Below, piece by piece: positions 25,301 through 36,458 of a stretch of DNA of 64,000 bases. The position numbers were made by a program, and so were the translations under genes. The first letter of the stretch is position 1. Every line of letters starts with the position of its first letter. Below the pieces are notes generated by a model, which worked only from the letters and a program-made list of their open reading frames with translations, searched no databases and was not told where the DNA came from. The stretch comes from Anaeramoeba ignava BMAN (lineage: Eukaryota; Protista; Anaeramoebae), in NCBI GenBank assembly GCA_028826165.1, contig JAPDFW010000114.1:620001-684000 (forward strand), in the 5' to 3' direction.

Positions 25301-28300
25301 CTCACTTATCGGTTTTCTCCCAAAAGAAGCTGCAATCATCGCAAAACTCCAATTTGCTCAATGCACTTATCTACTCGCTGTTTACCATCTAGAAACCCTC
25401 CGTGCAGAACACGGTGCTTTTCATGAATGCTTTGCCTATCTCGAAGATGAAGGCATCCAGAACAACCAGGAGCATTTCGCATGCATTAAATCAATTATCG
25501 ATCGCGCATTCTCCCTTTTCCTAGGTTTTGTGGAGCGTCTCAATAGAGGCGAAAAACGAGATAATCTCCTTGATTACGAGGCACAATTTCTTCTTGTTAA
25601 TTTCTGTTCCAGACTCAAACGAGTCCGTCTTGCTGCGTACAAATTTATCATACAACTTGTTCAGCGTTTCCCGCACATTCTTTGGTCGAAATGCTGTCTC
25701 CGAACCCTTCTCGATCTTCTTGAAGCAACTGCATATAGTTGTGAGATTGAGCAGATTCCTGTTCTTCGTTCTCTCGATTCTGTAGATTCCTATATCAAAT
25801 CCGTTGATTACGATCCAAAAATTCCCAATTCGGGACAAACATCAACGCCACAAAACCAATCCTCGCAACTAACATCATCGCCAGATTCAAATTCAAAAAC
25901 AAAATCAAAGTCAAAATCCAAAACAAAGAAACAGAAACCAAAGTCAAAACCCAAAAACAAGAAACAAAAATCAAAGCTCAAATCGAAAAACTCTGCCAAA
26001 TCACTTGCTATCCCACAACAGCCACAATTACAGAATCAACCTCAGCTTAAACGCGGCACATCAACATCAAATTTGATGCAAATGCCACACTCGACATTAA
26101 CATCTCCACTTGGTATTTCTGCAAATGGAATCAATTCCCAAGGTGTTGCGCGACTTCTTCTTGGAATTGGGCAAAATGCATATTCCGCTCCACAAGAAGA
26201 GCAAAAATTAAGCAAGTTCAAGCTACCCCATTCTCAACACACATTGGATCTTCTTGTGGGACTTAGCGTGCGAAAGGAGATGTACAACTCACTCAAAAAA
26301 CTGTCAGCAGAATGGCTAAGAAAAGCCGTACAAATTGCACCTACTCAGATATTTTCTCTTACTCACGAATTCATCAACGATTTCATCGGTTCAAATTTTG
26401 TGATGTTGAAGCATCGTGGAGTTGGATTATTACTTGACATTATCGCTGAGACAATCAGTCCAGACGCACCTCAACCGACAAACCGATCCAAATCACAATC
26501 TAAAGTGGGGGATAGTCTCACGAGCGAATTTGTGTCTGCAGCTGAACTCAAGTCACGTTTTCTGGGTGAAATTGTAGGGATCCAACGCACTCTCGATTTT
26601 TTACACGCTACTCGGAATATCACAAATCTTTCAATCCCGCTCTCATTATCAGAACTTCTTTGCAAAGAACTCTCATCCCTTCTTTCCTCGAATCTAACCC
26701 CAAACAAACTTAACTCTGCAGATCTCGGTCCGCTCTTTATGAAGGCCGCAGCGTTTATTGTCGCTGAAAAACGTTTCGATGATGATCTTCTTCACTATAT
26801 CTGTTGGGTTCCGCCCCATCTCTTCACATCTGATGCAATGTCAGTCGGCACTTTTGTTTGGTCTTGGATCGCTGCTGAGCGTCCTGATCTAGAAATACAA
26901 ATGATGTCTGAGCTCAGCGCTGCTTGGGAACGAATAGCTAACCAACACGCAGGTATTTTCTATGTCGAATCCGATTTCGATCCAAATTCTGTACAAAGTC
27001 CTTTCTCAATGAATTGTTTCAGTGATGATGAAAATGAAGTTGAAAATTTAACAGAAAATCCTGTCAGAAATTTCCCCCAAAATGAAAATATAGAGCAAAA
27101 TTCCCCTCTTGATCAAAACACAGATTTGATGGGAGACAAAAAAGACATCAAACAAGGATCAACTCCCAACGATCTTTCATCAGCATTTCTGAAAAACGCG
27201 AAACCGCACACATTGTGGATTCAGTTTCTCATTGAGAGATTTGAGGTTGTGCGGCGAAAAAACAAGCTTCTAATGCATGTTTTCCAGCGTATTCTGCAGC
27301 GTTCTTTTGCAGACCCACTCGGATTATCAAAGCGGCAAGAATGTTTCCCAGCACGAATGCAACTTGCCTTACTTGGACTCAAATATGTCCAAGGAGATTA
27401 CATGGCATCACGTCCAGCAAAAATGCTTCTGAGAAAATGGATTTATCGAACAATTCTCGATTGGTTCAGTTTGAGACCCATTTGGCACACATTGGAAACA
27501 AAATCTTCAATGCAGAAAACGCTTGGGATCCTAACCGAACTTGCACAAACATTCCAACAAGAATCACTTGTTGTCAACTCATTCAAAAAGGATTATCTTG
27601 CGCAATCGCCGATCAAAGAGCGTCGAGACAACGATGCAAACATAAACACACCGCTTATTGGAGGAACCTCATTTGATGCTGATAATCTCCTCGGCTTCGA
27701 AAATATGGGTGTTGATCCACAAACAACGCAATCAAACCCGCAGAACTATTTCACGGTTACAAGCTCATCTCTCTCTGTTGTCATGTCAGTGACAAAAACA
27801 ATGTCCATGAACAAACGTTTCCAGGACAACGCAATGCTTGATGAGACAAGTCTCCGCAACATCCAGCGCCAGATCTCCGAAATGCGCGGCGTTCTCAAAC
27901 TCATCAAACTCATCCTCTTCTTTTTGGGTGATGAGATTGAGCGAATCTCAGTATGGTTCAATCCTCGACAAGATCCCGAACTGCAATTTCCTGATGAAAA
28001 AAAATATGTTCCTGATTACGTAGCATTGTCTACACGCGGTGGCTCAGAATTGAAGAAAATGGTCACAAGTGCGTGGCAAATCAATCCTGCGTTGGCAGTT
28101 AGTCTTTCATCGCGTCTGAATATTCCTCTCATACATGACACTCTTCGAAGAATGGTTCGTGAGCATCCACTCGCAGTTTGCCATCTACATGACGCCTTTC
28201 AATTTCTTGTTGACGAACGTTCCGTTACAGAAGACATCCCCGAACTCCACAATCTTGTTTTTTTCCCGCCAGTATCCCCTGCTCTTGCTCTTTCCCTTCT

Positions 28301-31300
28301 CGTAAAACCCTTCTCTTCTCACAGTCTCGTTGCTCAATACGCCACTCATGTTCTCGCAAGTTTTGAGCCTCAAATGATAATTTTTTTCCTCCCACAAATT
28401 GTCCAATCTCTTCGTTACGACCGTTCAGGATTTGTCTTCAAATTTCTTCTCGAAGCAGCTTCAAAATCGTTTCTTGTCGCTCACCAACTCATCTGGAATT
28501 GCCAAGCAGAAAGCCAATCAACAACAGTGCGTCCCAATGATGTTCTCAAGCCTCTTGCCTTGCGTCTCATCTCAGAAATCACCTCTTCCTTTACTCTTCA
28601 ACAGGCATATCTTTATCAGAGCGAATTTTCCTTCATTAACAGATTCACACACATTTCAGGCATTCTCAAACCTTTCAAAACAAAACAGGAACGAAAAGCC
28701 AAAATTCGCGAGCAACTCAAATTAATTCAAATAGTCCCCAATCTCTATCTCCCCACAAATCCCGAATCCCGCGTAGTCAGAATTCATTGTGATAGCGGCA
28801 TTCCTCTTCCCAGTCACGCAAAGGTTCCTATTATGGTTACTTTCCGTGTTCAGTACATTTCTATTGCCGAACAGATGCGTGAAATTGCTTCTTTTGAACC
28901 GCCTAAAGATTTTCGTTTCTCTCAAAACTCATTACTTGTTGATATTCCCGATGATCCGAATCAAGAAAAGCCCAATCACATCAAAAACAATTCAAATATT
29001 TCTTCTGAACATGACCGTTCACACGAGAAGAGTCTTGATGCTGATAAAAGTCATCATTCCGAAACTCAAAATCTGTCCAATATTTCTGATATTACTGATA
29101 ATTCCAATTTGGATAATTATGCTCATCATCGTTCTCAATCTTTGGTTGTTGATAAGAATTTTATCAAGGATAACCCTGATTTGGATTTCAAAAATATTGA
29201 TGAAGATCCACTTGAAATGAAGAGAGACAGTAATTTATCTATTGATCAAGAGAAGCAAGTTGGTAATAATTTTGCTAATATGCAATCTCAGACCAAGAGG
29301 AGAGAATTTGATCAAAAATGTATTTTCAAGTCTGGAGATGATATTCGTCAAGTAATTTGGAAAAATATTTATATAAACTTTTATTTCCAAACATGAAAAC
29401 ATTTATTTAAAAATTTATTTACAAACATGAAAATATTTAAAAATTTATTTATTTACAAATTTATTTACAAATTTATTTACAAATTTATTTACAAATTTAT
29501 TTACAAATTTATTTATAAATTTATTTATAAATTTATTTAAAATTTATTTAAAAATTTATTTAAAATTTATTTACAAATTTATTTATAAAATTTATTTCAA
29601 AATTTATTTATAAATTTATTTACAAATTTATTTACAAATTTATTTACAAATTTATTTACAAATTTATTTACAAATTTATTTACAAATTTATTTACAAATT
29701 TATTTACAAATTTATTTACAAATTTATTTACAAATTTATTTTAAAAATTTATTTATAAATTTATTTACAAATTTATTTTTACAAATTTATTTACAAATTT
29801 ATTTACAAATTTATTTACAAATTTATTTACAAATTTATTTACAAATTTATTTACAAATTTTTTACAAATTTATTTTACAAATTTATTTATAAATTTATTT
29901 ATAAATTTATTTACAAATTTATTTATAAATTTATTTTACAAATTTTATTTTAAAATTTATTTACAAATTTATTTAAAAATTTATTTAAAATTTATTTACA
30001 AATTTATTTACAAATTTATTTAAAATTTATTTACAAATTTATTTACAAATTTATTTATAAATTTATTTACAAATTTATTTACAAATTTACTTATAAATTT
30101 ATTTACAAATTTATTTATAAATTTATTTATAAATTTATTTATAAATTTATTTAAAATTTATTTTTTAAATTTATTTTTAAAATTTATTTACAAATTTATT
30201 TTAAAATTTATTTACAAAATTTATTTATAAATTTATAAATTTATTTACAAATTTATTTATAAAATTTATTTATAAATTTATTTTAAAAATTTATTTTACA
30301 AATTTATTTACAAATTTATTTTACAAATTTATTTAAAATTTATTTATAAATTTATTTAAAAATTTATTTACAAATTTATTTACAAATTTATTTATAAATT
30401 TATTTACAAAATTTATTTTATAAATTTATTTACAAATTTATTTATAAATTTATTTACAAATTTATTTAAAATTTATTTAAAAATTTATTTACAAATTATT
30501 TTAAAATTTATTTATAAATTTATTTTACAAATTTATTTACAAAATTTATTTATAAAATTTATTTACAAATTTATTTACAAATTTATTTACAAATTTATTT
30601 ATAAATTTATTTACAAATTTATTTACAAATTTATTTAAAATTTATTTAAAAATTTATTTACAAATTTATTTACAAATTTATTTACAAATTTATTTACAAA
30701 TTTATTTAAAAATTTATTTATAAATTTATTTAAAAATTTATTTACAAATTTATTTAAAAATTTATTTACAAATTTATTTACAAATTTATTTATAAAAATT
30801 TAATAGGATATGCTTGCTCTGCAAATCATCTCTTTCGTACAAAAAATTCTCAAATCAGTAAACTTAAAATTATTCTTATATCCATATAAAGTAATAGCAA
30901 CTGGAGATGGATGTGGAATCATAGAATGTGTTAAAAACTCAAAATCAAGAGATCAATTAGGAAAAGAAACAGAAGGAAGTTTATTCGAACATTTCAAAAA
31001 CAAATACGGACATGAAGATTCACCAAGTTTTAGACAAGCAAGAAACAATTTTATCGAGAGCATGGCAGCTTATTCAGTAGCAAGTTTCCTTCTCCAAATC
31101 AAAGATCGACACAACGGAAATATTATGGTTGACAATCAAGGACATGTAATTCACATTGATTTCGGTTTCATTTTCGATATATCACCAGGAGGTGACATGA
31201 AATTTGAAAGAGCTCCTTTTAAACTTTCTCACGAAATGATCCAAATAATGGGCGGTTCAATTGATGCAGAACCTTTTAAACAATTTATGGATTACTGTTG

Positions 31301-31547
31301 TCGTGCTTATTTGGCTTTACGTCCTCATATGAAAAGTTTTCTTGCTATGGTTTCTCTTATGTTTGATACTGGTCTTCCTTGTTTTAAAGAAAATACTCTT
31401 AAAAATTTTAGAGAGAGATTTACTCCTGATAAAACTCCTCGTGAAGCTGCTCAATTTATGATTTTTAAAATTAATGAATCTTTTAATCAATATTCCACTT
31501 TGATTTATGATCAATTTCAAGCTTGGCAAAATGGAATTGCTTTTTAA
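22325..31547 (+). CDS. PI4KA: Phosphatidylinositol 4-kinase alpha (Stt4-type); exons 22325-22601, 23116-29351, 30807-31547
   Basis: FRSFWFYCVLHGF, YLLAVYHLETLR, FFLPQIVQSLRYD, AHQLIWN, YLPTNPE, the spliced FKSGDDIRQ|DMLALQII, LLQIKDRHNGNIM, IHIDFGFIF. Confidence 0.97.
22610..23105. repeat. Hexamer-based array (AAAATT / TCATTTATAAAA) in PI4KA intron 1
   Basis: Direct tandem repeat inside intron 22602-23115. Confidence 0.85.
29400..30800. repeat. 12-nt minisatellite (AAATTTATTTAC)n filling PI4KA intron 2
   Basis: Direct tandem repeat inside intron 29352-30806. Confidence 0.93.
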
Positions 31548-31559
31548 ATTTCTCAATAA

Positions 31560-32100
31560 ATTCAATTTTAATTTTGATTTTATTTTTAATTTTAATTTTA
31601 ATTTTAATTTTAATTTTTAATTTTAATTTTAATTTAATTTTAATTTTAATTTTAATTTTAATTTTAATTTTAATTTTAATTTTAATTTTAATTTTAATTT
31701 TAATTTTAAATTTAATTTTAATTTTTAATTTTAATTTTAATTTTAATTTTAATTTTAATTTTAATTTTAATTTTAATTTTAATTTTAATTTTAATTTTAA
31801 TTTTAATTTTGATTTGAATTTTAATTTTAATTTTAATTTTAATTTTAATTTTAATTTTAATTTTAATTTTTAATTTTAATTTTAATTTTAATTTTAATTT
31901 TAATTTTTAATTTTTAATAATTAAATTTTAATTTTAATTTTAATTTTAATTTTAATTTTAATTTTAATTTTAATTTTAATTTTAATTTTAATTTTAATTT
32001 TAATTTTTAATTTTAAATTTTAATTTTAATTTTAATTTTAATTTTAATTTTAATTTTAATTTTAATTTTAATTTTAATTTTAATTTTAATTTTAATTTTA
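31560..32100. repeat. Intergenic (AATTTT)n hexamer array
   Basis: Direct tandem repeat. Confidence 0.93.
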
Positions 32101-32237
32101 TAAATCAATTTCAAATCAATTCAAAAAAATAAATTTAAAAATAAAAATAAATTTCATTTCAAATCAATTTAAAAAAAATAAAACTAAATTTCAATCCAAA
32201 AAAAAAAAAAAAAAAAAATTAAGAAAAAAATTTCCAA

Positions 32238-32654
32238 TCAAATGACAGTAAGAAATTTCTTTAATTTTGAAGCAGGAATTTTAACAGAAATAAAATAAAG
32301 AACCCAACAATTAGCTTGTCTCATAAAATGCCATTCAGAATCTTCAGTATTAACAGAAACGAAATTTTGTTGAGAAGTAACATTCGCAGTTTTTTGAGCT
32401 AATTGACGCCCAAGAAAAATAGATTCAGCAACTTTATAACGAACAGTATTTAAACCGACACTGTTTTCAAGAAGAAAAGTGACTCTCACTGTATCTTCTG
32501 ATTGAACAGGTATTGGTGGTACATCGCTTGTGTAAATCGAAATGTGTGACGAATTCTCTTTCGATGATTTGCGCACTTTAATATCAAAAAATGCATGTTC
32601 TCCAAAATCATTTAACGCTAAAATTCCATGCCAAAAAAATGATTTATTTGTCAT
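32238..32654 (-). CDS. Uncharacterised compact 138-aa protein
   Basis: Clean intronless ORF with GC above its flanks, normal residue composition, and TTTCATTT motifs upstream (32697-32712). Family not recognised. Confidence 0.75.
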   Translation of the reverse strand: MTNKSFFWHGILALNDFGEHAFFDIKVRKSSKENSSHISIYTSDVPPIPVQSEDTVRVTFLLENSVGLNTVRYKVAESIFLGRQLAQKTANVTSQQNFVSVNTEDSEWHFMRQANCWVLYFISVKIPASKLKKFLTVI

Positions 32655-33112
32655 AATTAATTGTTTTTTTTTTTTTTATTTTAAAAAAAGAAGAAAAAAA
32701 TGAAAATGAAAAATTTAAAAAAAATTTTATTTTCTCCTTTTGTTTTTTTGTTTTTTCTCCTTTTGTTTTTTTCTTCTTTTTTTTTTTGATCTTATTTAAA
32801 TAAAAAACAAAACAAAATAATTAAAAAACAAAACAAATTGAATTGATCAAAAGTAAATTATTATTAAAAAAATGTTTTTTTAATTTTATTTTTTTTATCG
32901 TTTTCATTTTTTTTCATTTTTTTTTTACCCTTAATTTCTTTTTATTTTGTTTACACTTAATCAAAACAAATTGATCTTTTCTTCTTTTTTTTTTTCTGAT
33001 AATTTCTTTTCATTTCTTTACTTTACATTTAATTTTACACTTTTTCCCTTTTTTTTTTAATTTTGATTTTATAATTTTATAATTTTATAATTTTAAACAA
33101 TTTCTAATTTAA

Positions 33113-36100
33113 ATGTCACAATCACAACAATTAATTTTAAAACAACAAGAAAAAATACAAAATTTAAATGCAAAAATCCAAAACTTAGAAAACGAAAAAC
33201 AAGGAATTTTAGAATCAAGTCAAAAACAAAACAAATTAGAAAAAAAACTTACAAAAACACAAAATAAACTAAAAGATATAACTTCACAATGTAATAAACT
33301 AAGAACCGACTTAAAAGAAGCAAAAGACAATTTAACCAAAACAAAAGCAAAGCCAGAATCAAAAGAAATTGAGCTCAAAAAATGGTCTCTTAATGAACAT
33401 AAAGAAGAAATTAAAAAATTACAATCAAAACTCGAAAAAATTTATCAAAAAAAAAAACAACTTCAAATCGAACAACAAAAAGAAAATTTGGATGAAAAAA
33501 TCGAACAACTTCAAAACAATCTTAAGGATTTTGATTCTAAATGTGATTCTCTTGAAAACCAAATTCTTGCGAATAACAAAAAGATTGAAAATTCAATTCT
33601 TAAAAAAAACAACAATCAGATCCAAAATTTACTCACTGAAAAATACAATTATATTTGTTTAAAAACTAAAATTAACCATGAAAATGATCTTTTGAAGAAA
33701 AAAGGTGTTACTCAAACAGACCATTCTTCTCAAGAGAAATTATCTTCCTTGAGAATTCAACTTAAACAAAAAATTGAAGAGCAAAATAAACTTCTTCATC
33801 AACTTTTTAGATTGAAAACTTCTACTGTTTCTGAAGATATGATAACAACTGCTGAAGAGTTTACTGAAAATTTAGTTGATATTTCAGAAATTGATTTTTC
33901 AGAGTTTTCTGAGAATGATTTAGAAGTAAATTGAATTAAATTTAAATTAAAATTAAAATTAAAATTCTTTTATAAAATTAAAATTCTTTTAGGAATCAGA
34001 TTCAGAAGCAAAACATAAACATTATCAAAGAGTAACTGCTTCTCCTTTCTCAAAAAACCTTCTTTCAAGAACATCTTCTTTAAAACCTCCAAAATCTCCA
34101 GATTTTCAGTAAATTTTATTATTTTTATTATTTTTATTATTTTAGTTTATTTATTTCTTTTATATTAGATCAGAAAATACTAAATCGGAAAATTTATCTG
34201 AAAATGAAAAATCATCACCAGAAAAACCTACATTAGAAAAAAATGATGTTCGTTTTTATTTTTATTCTTATTTTTATTTTTATTCTGCTTTTATTAAATT
34301 CTTATTTTCTATATTTATTATTACTTAAAGATTCAAGAAGAAAAACTTAATGAAATTGATAATCTTCAAAAGCTTTTCAAAGTTCCAATTGCCATTGATT
34401 ATTTTAAAGAATACTTGATCCAACAATTAAATCAAGAAAACTTATTATTCTATCTTGAAGTTTCAGAATTTGAAAAATTGAAAAATGACAAAGATGTAAA
34501 AAACAAAAATAATCATAAAAATTGTTCCTTCTTTTTCTTTTAAATAATTCAATTCTAATCATTTTTAAAAATAGAAAATGGAAAAAATAGGAAAACATAT
34601 TTTTGAAAAATATGTTAAACCTGGATCTTTATTCGAAATTAATATTGAATCAAAAACAAGAAAAACTATTATTACATCTGTTAAAAATGGAAGTTTCAAT
34701 CCAAATCTTTTCCAAGAAGTAAAAACAAAACAAAAAAAAACAAAACAAAATCGGATAAAAATTTTTATTTTAATTTTTTTAAAAAAAAAAAAACCAAAAC
34801 AAGGCAAAACAAACTGTTTTTCAACATATGGATCATGACAACTTTGGTCCATTTAAACAATCACAAATTTATTCTGAATTAATTACAAAAATGTCTGCTG
34901 GAGCAACTTATGAAATTTTCTCTCCAATTAAAGCTGTAACAAAATTAACAAACAAAATTTCATCTATTTTATTTATTTATTTATTAATTATCATTCCCTT
35001 TTTCTTTTTCTTTATTCAAAATTAAAGGCAACAATACTTTCTAAAACAAAAGATGAAACTTTTCTCAATTATGGTTCAAAATTCAAAAGCAAAGCAAGAC
35101 ATCCAAATTTAGTTTCAGAAAAATTAATGGAACATGTGATTGATTTATGTGATTGTTTCTATTCTGAAGTAGCAGAAAATCTTGATTGTGAACTTGTTTC
35201 CAGTTCAATTCCATTCAAAAGATTTTGTATGGAAACAACAGAACTCCAAAAAGTAAAAGAAAACAAAAGAAAATTAAAAGAAATTAAAATTAAAATTAAA
35301 ATCAAAATTTAAAATTAAAATTTTTTTAAAATCGAAAATTAAAAGGTGAGATTAAATGGTTTAACTCGAGAACAACAACTTTCTTTCTTTATAAATATTT
35401 ATAATGTTCTTACTTTCCATTCAGTAATTCTAAATGGAGCACCAGTTGATAAAAGCTCTAAAACTCAATTTACAAGCCAAAATAAATATAATATTGGAGG
35501 ATATTCATTTTCACTTAAAGATATCAAATACGGTATACTAAGAGGAAACAAGATCAAAAAATCAAGAGGAGAATCGAAATACTTTAAATCAAATGATAAA
35601 AGATCTGCAATCGCAATTTCTCTTGTTGAACCTCGTTTTTATTTTGCTTTGACAACTTTGAATATGTATAGTTCTCCTTTAAGAGTTTTTTATCCAAATT
35701 GGTTTGAAAGAGAACTTCAATCAATTACACAATATCAAGCTTTAAAACATGTTTTTGTTTCTGAAAAAAACAAAAGAGTAAATTAAATTTAAAAATAATC
35801 AAAAACATGAAATTTAAAAAAAAATTTCCTAAAAATAATCAAAAACATGAAATTTAAATCAAAAAAAAAAATATTCATTTCTTTCTTTTTTTTTTTTGTC
35901 TAGATTTCTGTTTCTCCAGTTTTTGAAGAATTAGCTTTTGATTATGGAAAAAATCAAACTCAACTTATTTTATGGTTAACTGGTTATCTTCCTCAAAAAA
36001 TTTCAGATCTTATTTTAAATTCACCAAATTCTTTTTCTTTGAAATTTAGTGGAGAACCAACAATTCCAGTATTTTTGTTTGATGGAAAATATTCATCAAG

Positions 36101-36119
36101 TCCAGAAAAAAATAATTAA
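33113..36119 (+). CDS. Coiled-coil + RGS domain + DUF547 protein, 9 exons
   Basis: Spliced RGS domain: LFKVPIAIDYFKEYLIQQLNQENLLFYLEVSEF...IFEKYVKPGSLFEINI..LFQE|AKQTVFQHMDHDNFGPF. DUF547: EQQLSFFINIYNVLTFHSVI...YNIGGYSFSLKDIKYGILRGN...EPRFYFAL. Eight phase-consistent introns. Confidence 0.85.
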
Positions 36120-36458
36120 ATTTTTCAATTTTTTTTTTTAAAAAAAAAGAAAATCTGGAATTAGTTAAATTGGATCAATATTTTAATTTCTTTTCTCAAT
36201 TTTCTTTTTCTTTTCTTTTTTGTGATTACCTTTTAATTTCGATTTTTTGATTTTTTGATTTTTTAATTGGGAAAAAAACAAAAAAAAAGAAAATTAATCA
36301 ATAAATAAATAAGAACAAAAATAATAAGAAAATTAAGTTTTTAAGTTTTTTTTCTTTTTATTTTTTTTTGATTAAGATAAAAATGGAAAAAATTTTTATT
36401 TTTTCATTTTTCATTTTTTTTCTTTTTTTTTAAAAATTTTTTTAAAACAAAAAATAAA

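Noticed and set aside
23301-29220. Short antisense and alternate-frame ORFs overlapping PI4KA
   Set aside because: They are expected by-products of a long, higher-GC exon and have no recognisable motifs.
22325-31547. Possible inteins in the PI4KA insertions or in other genes
   Set aside because: No Cys/Ser...His-Asn splice junctions, Hint blocks or LAGLIDADG motifs were seen; the inserts are low-complexity.
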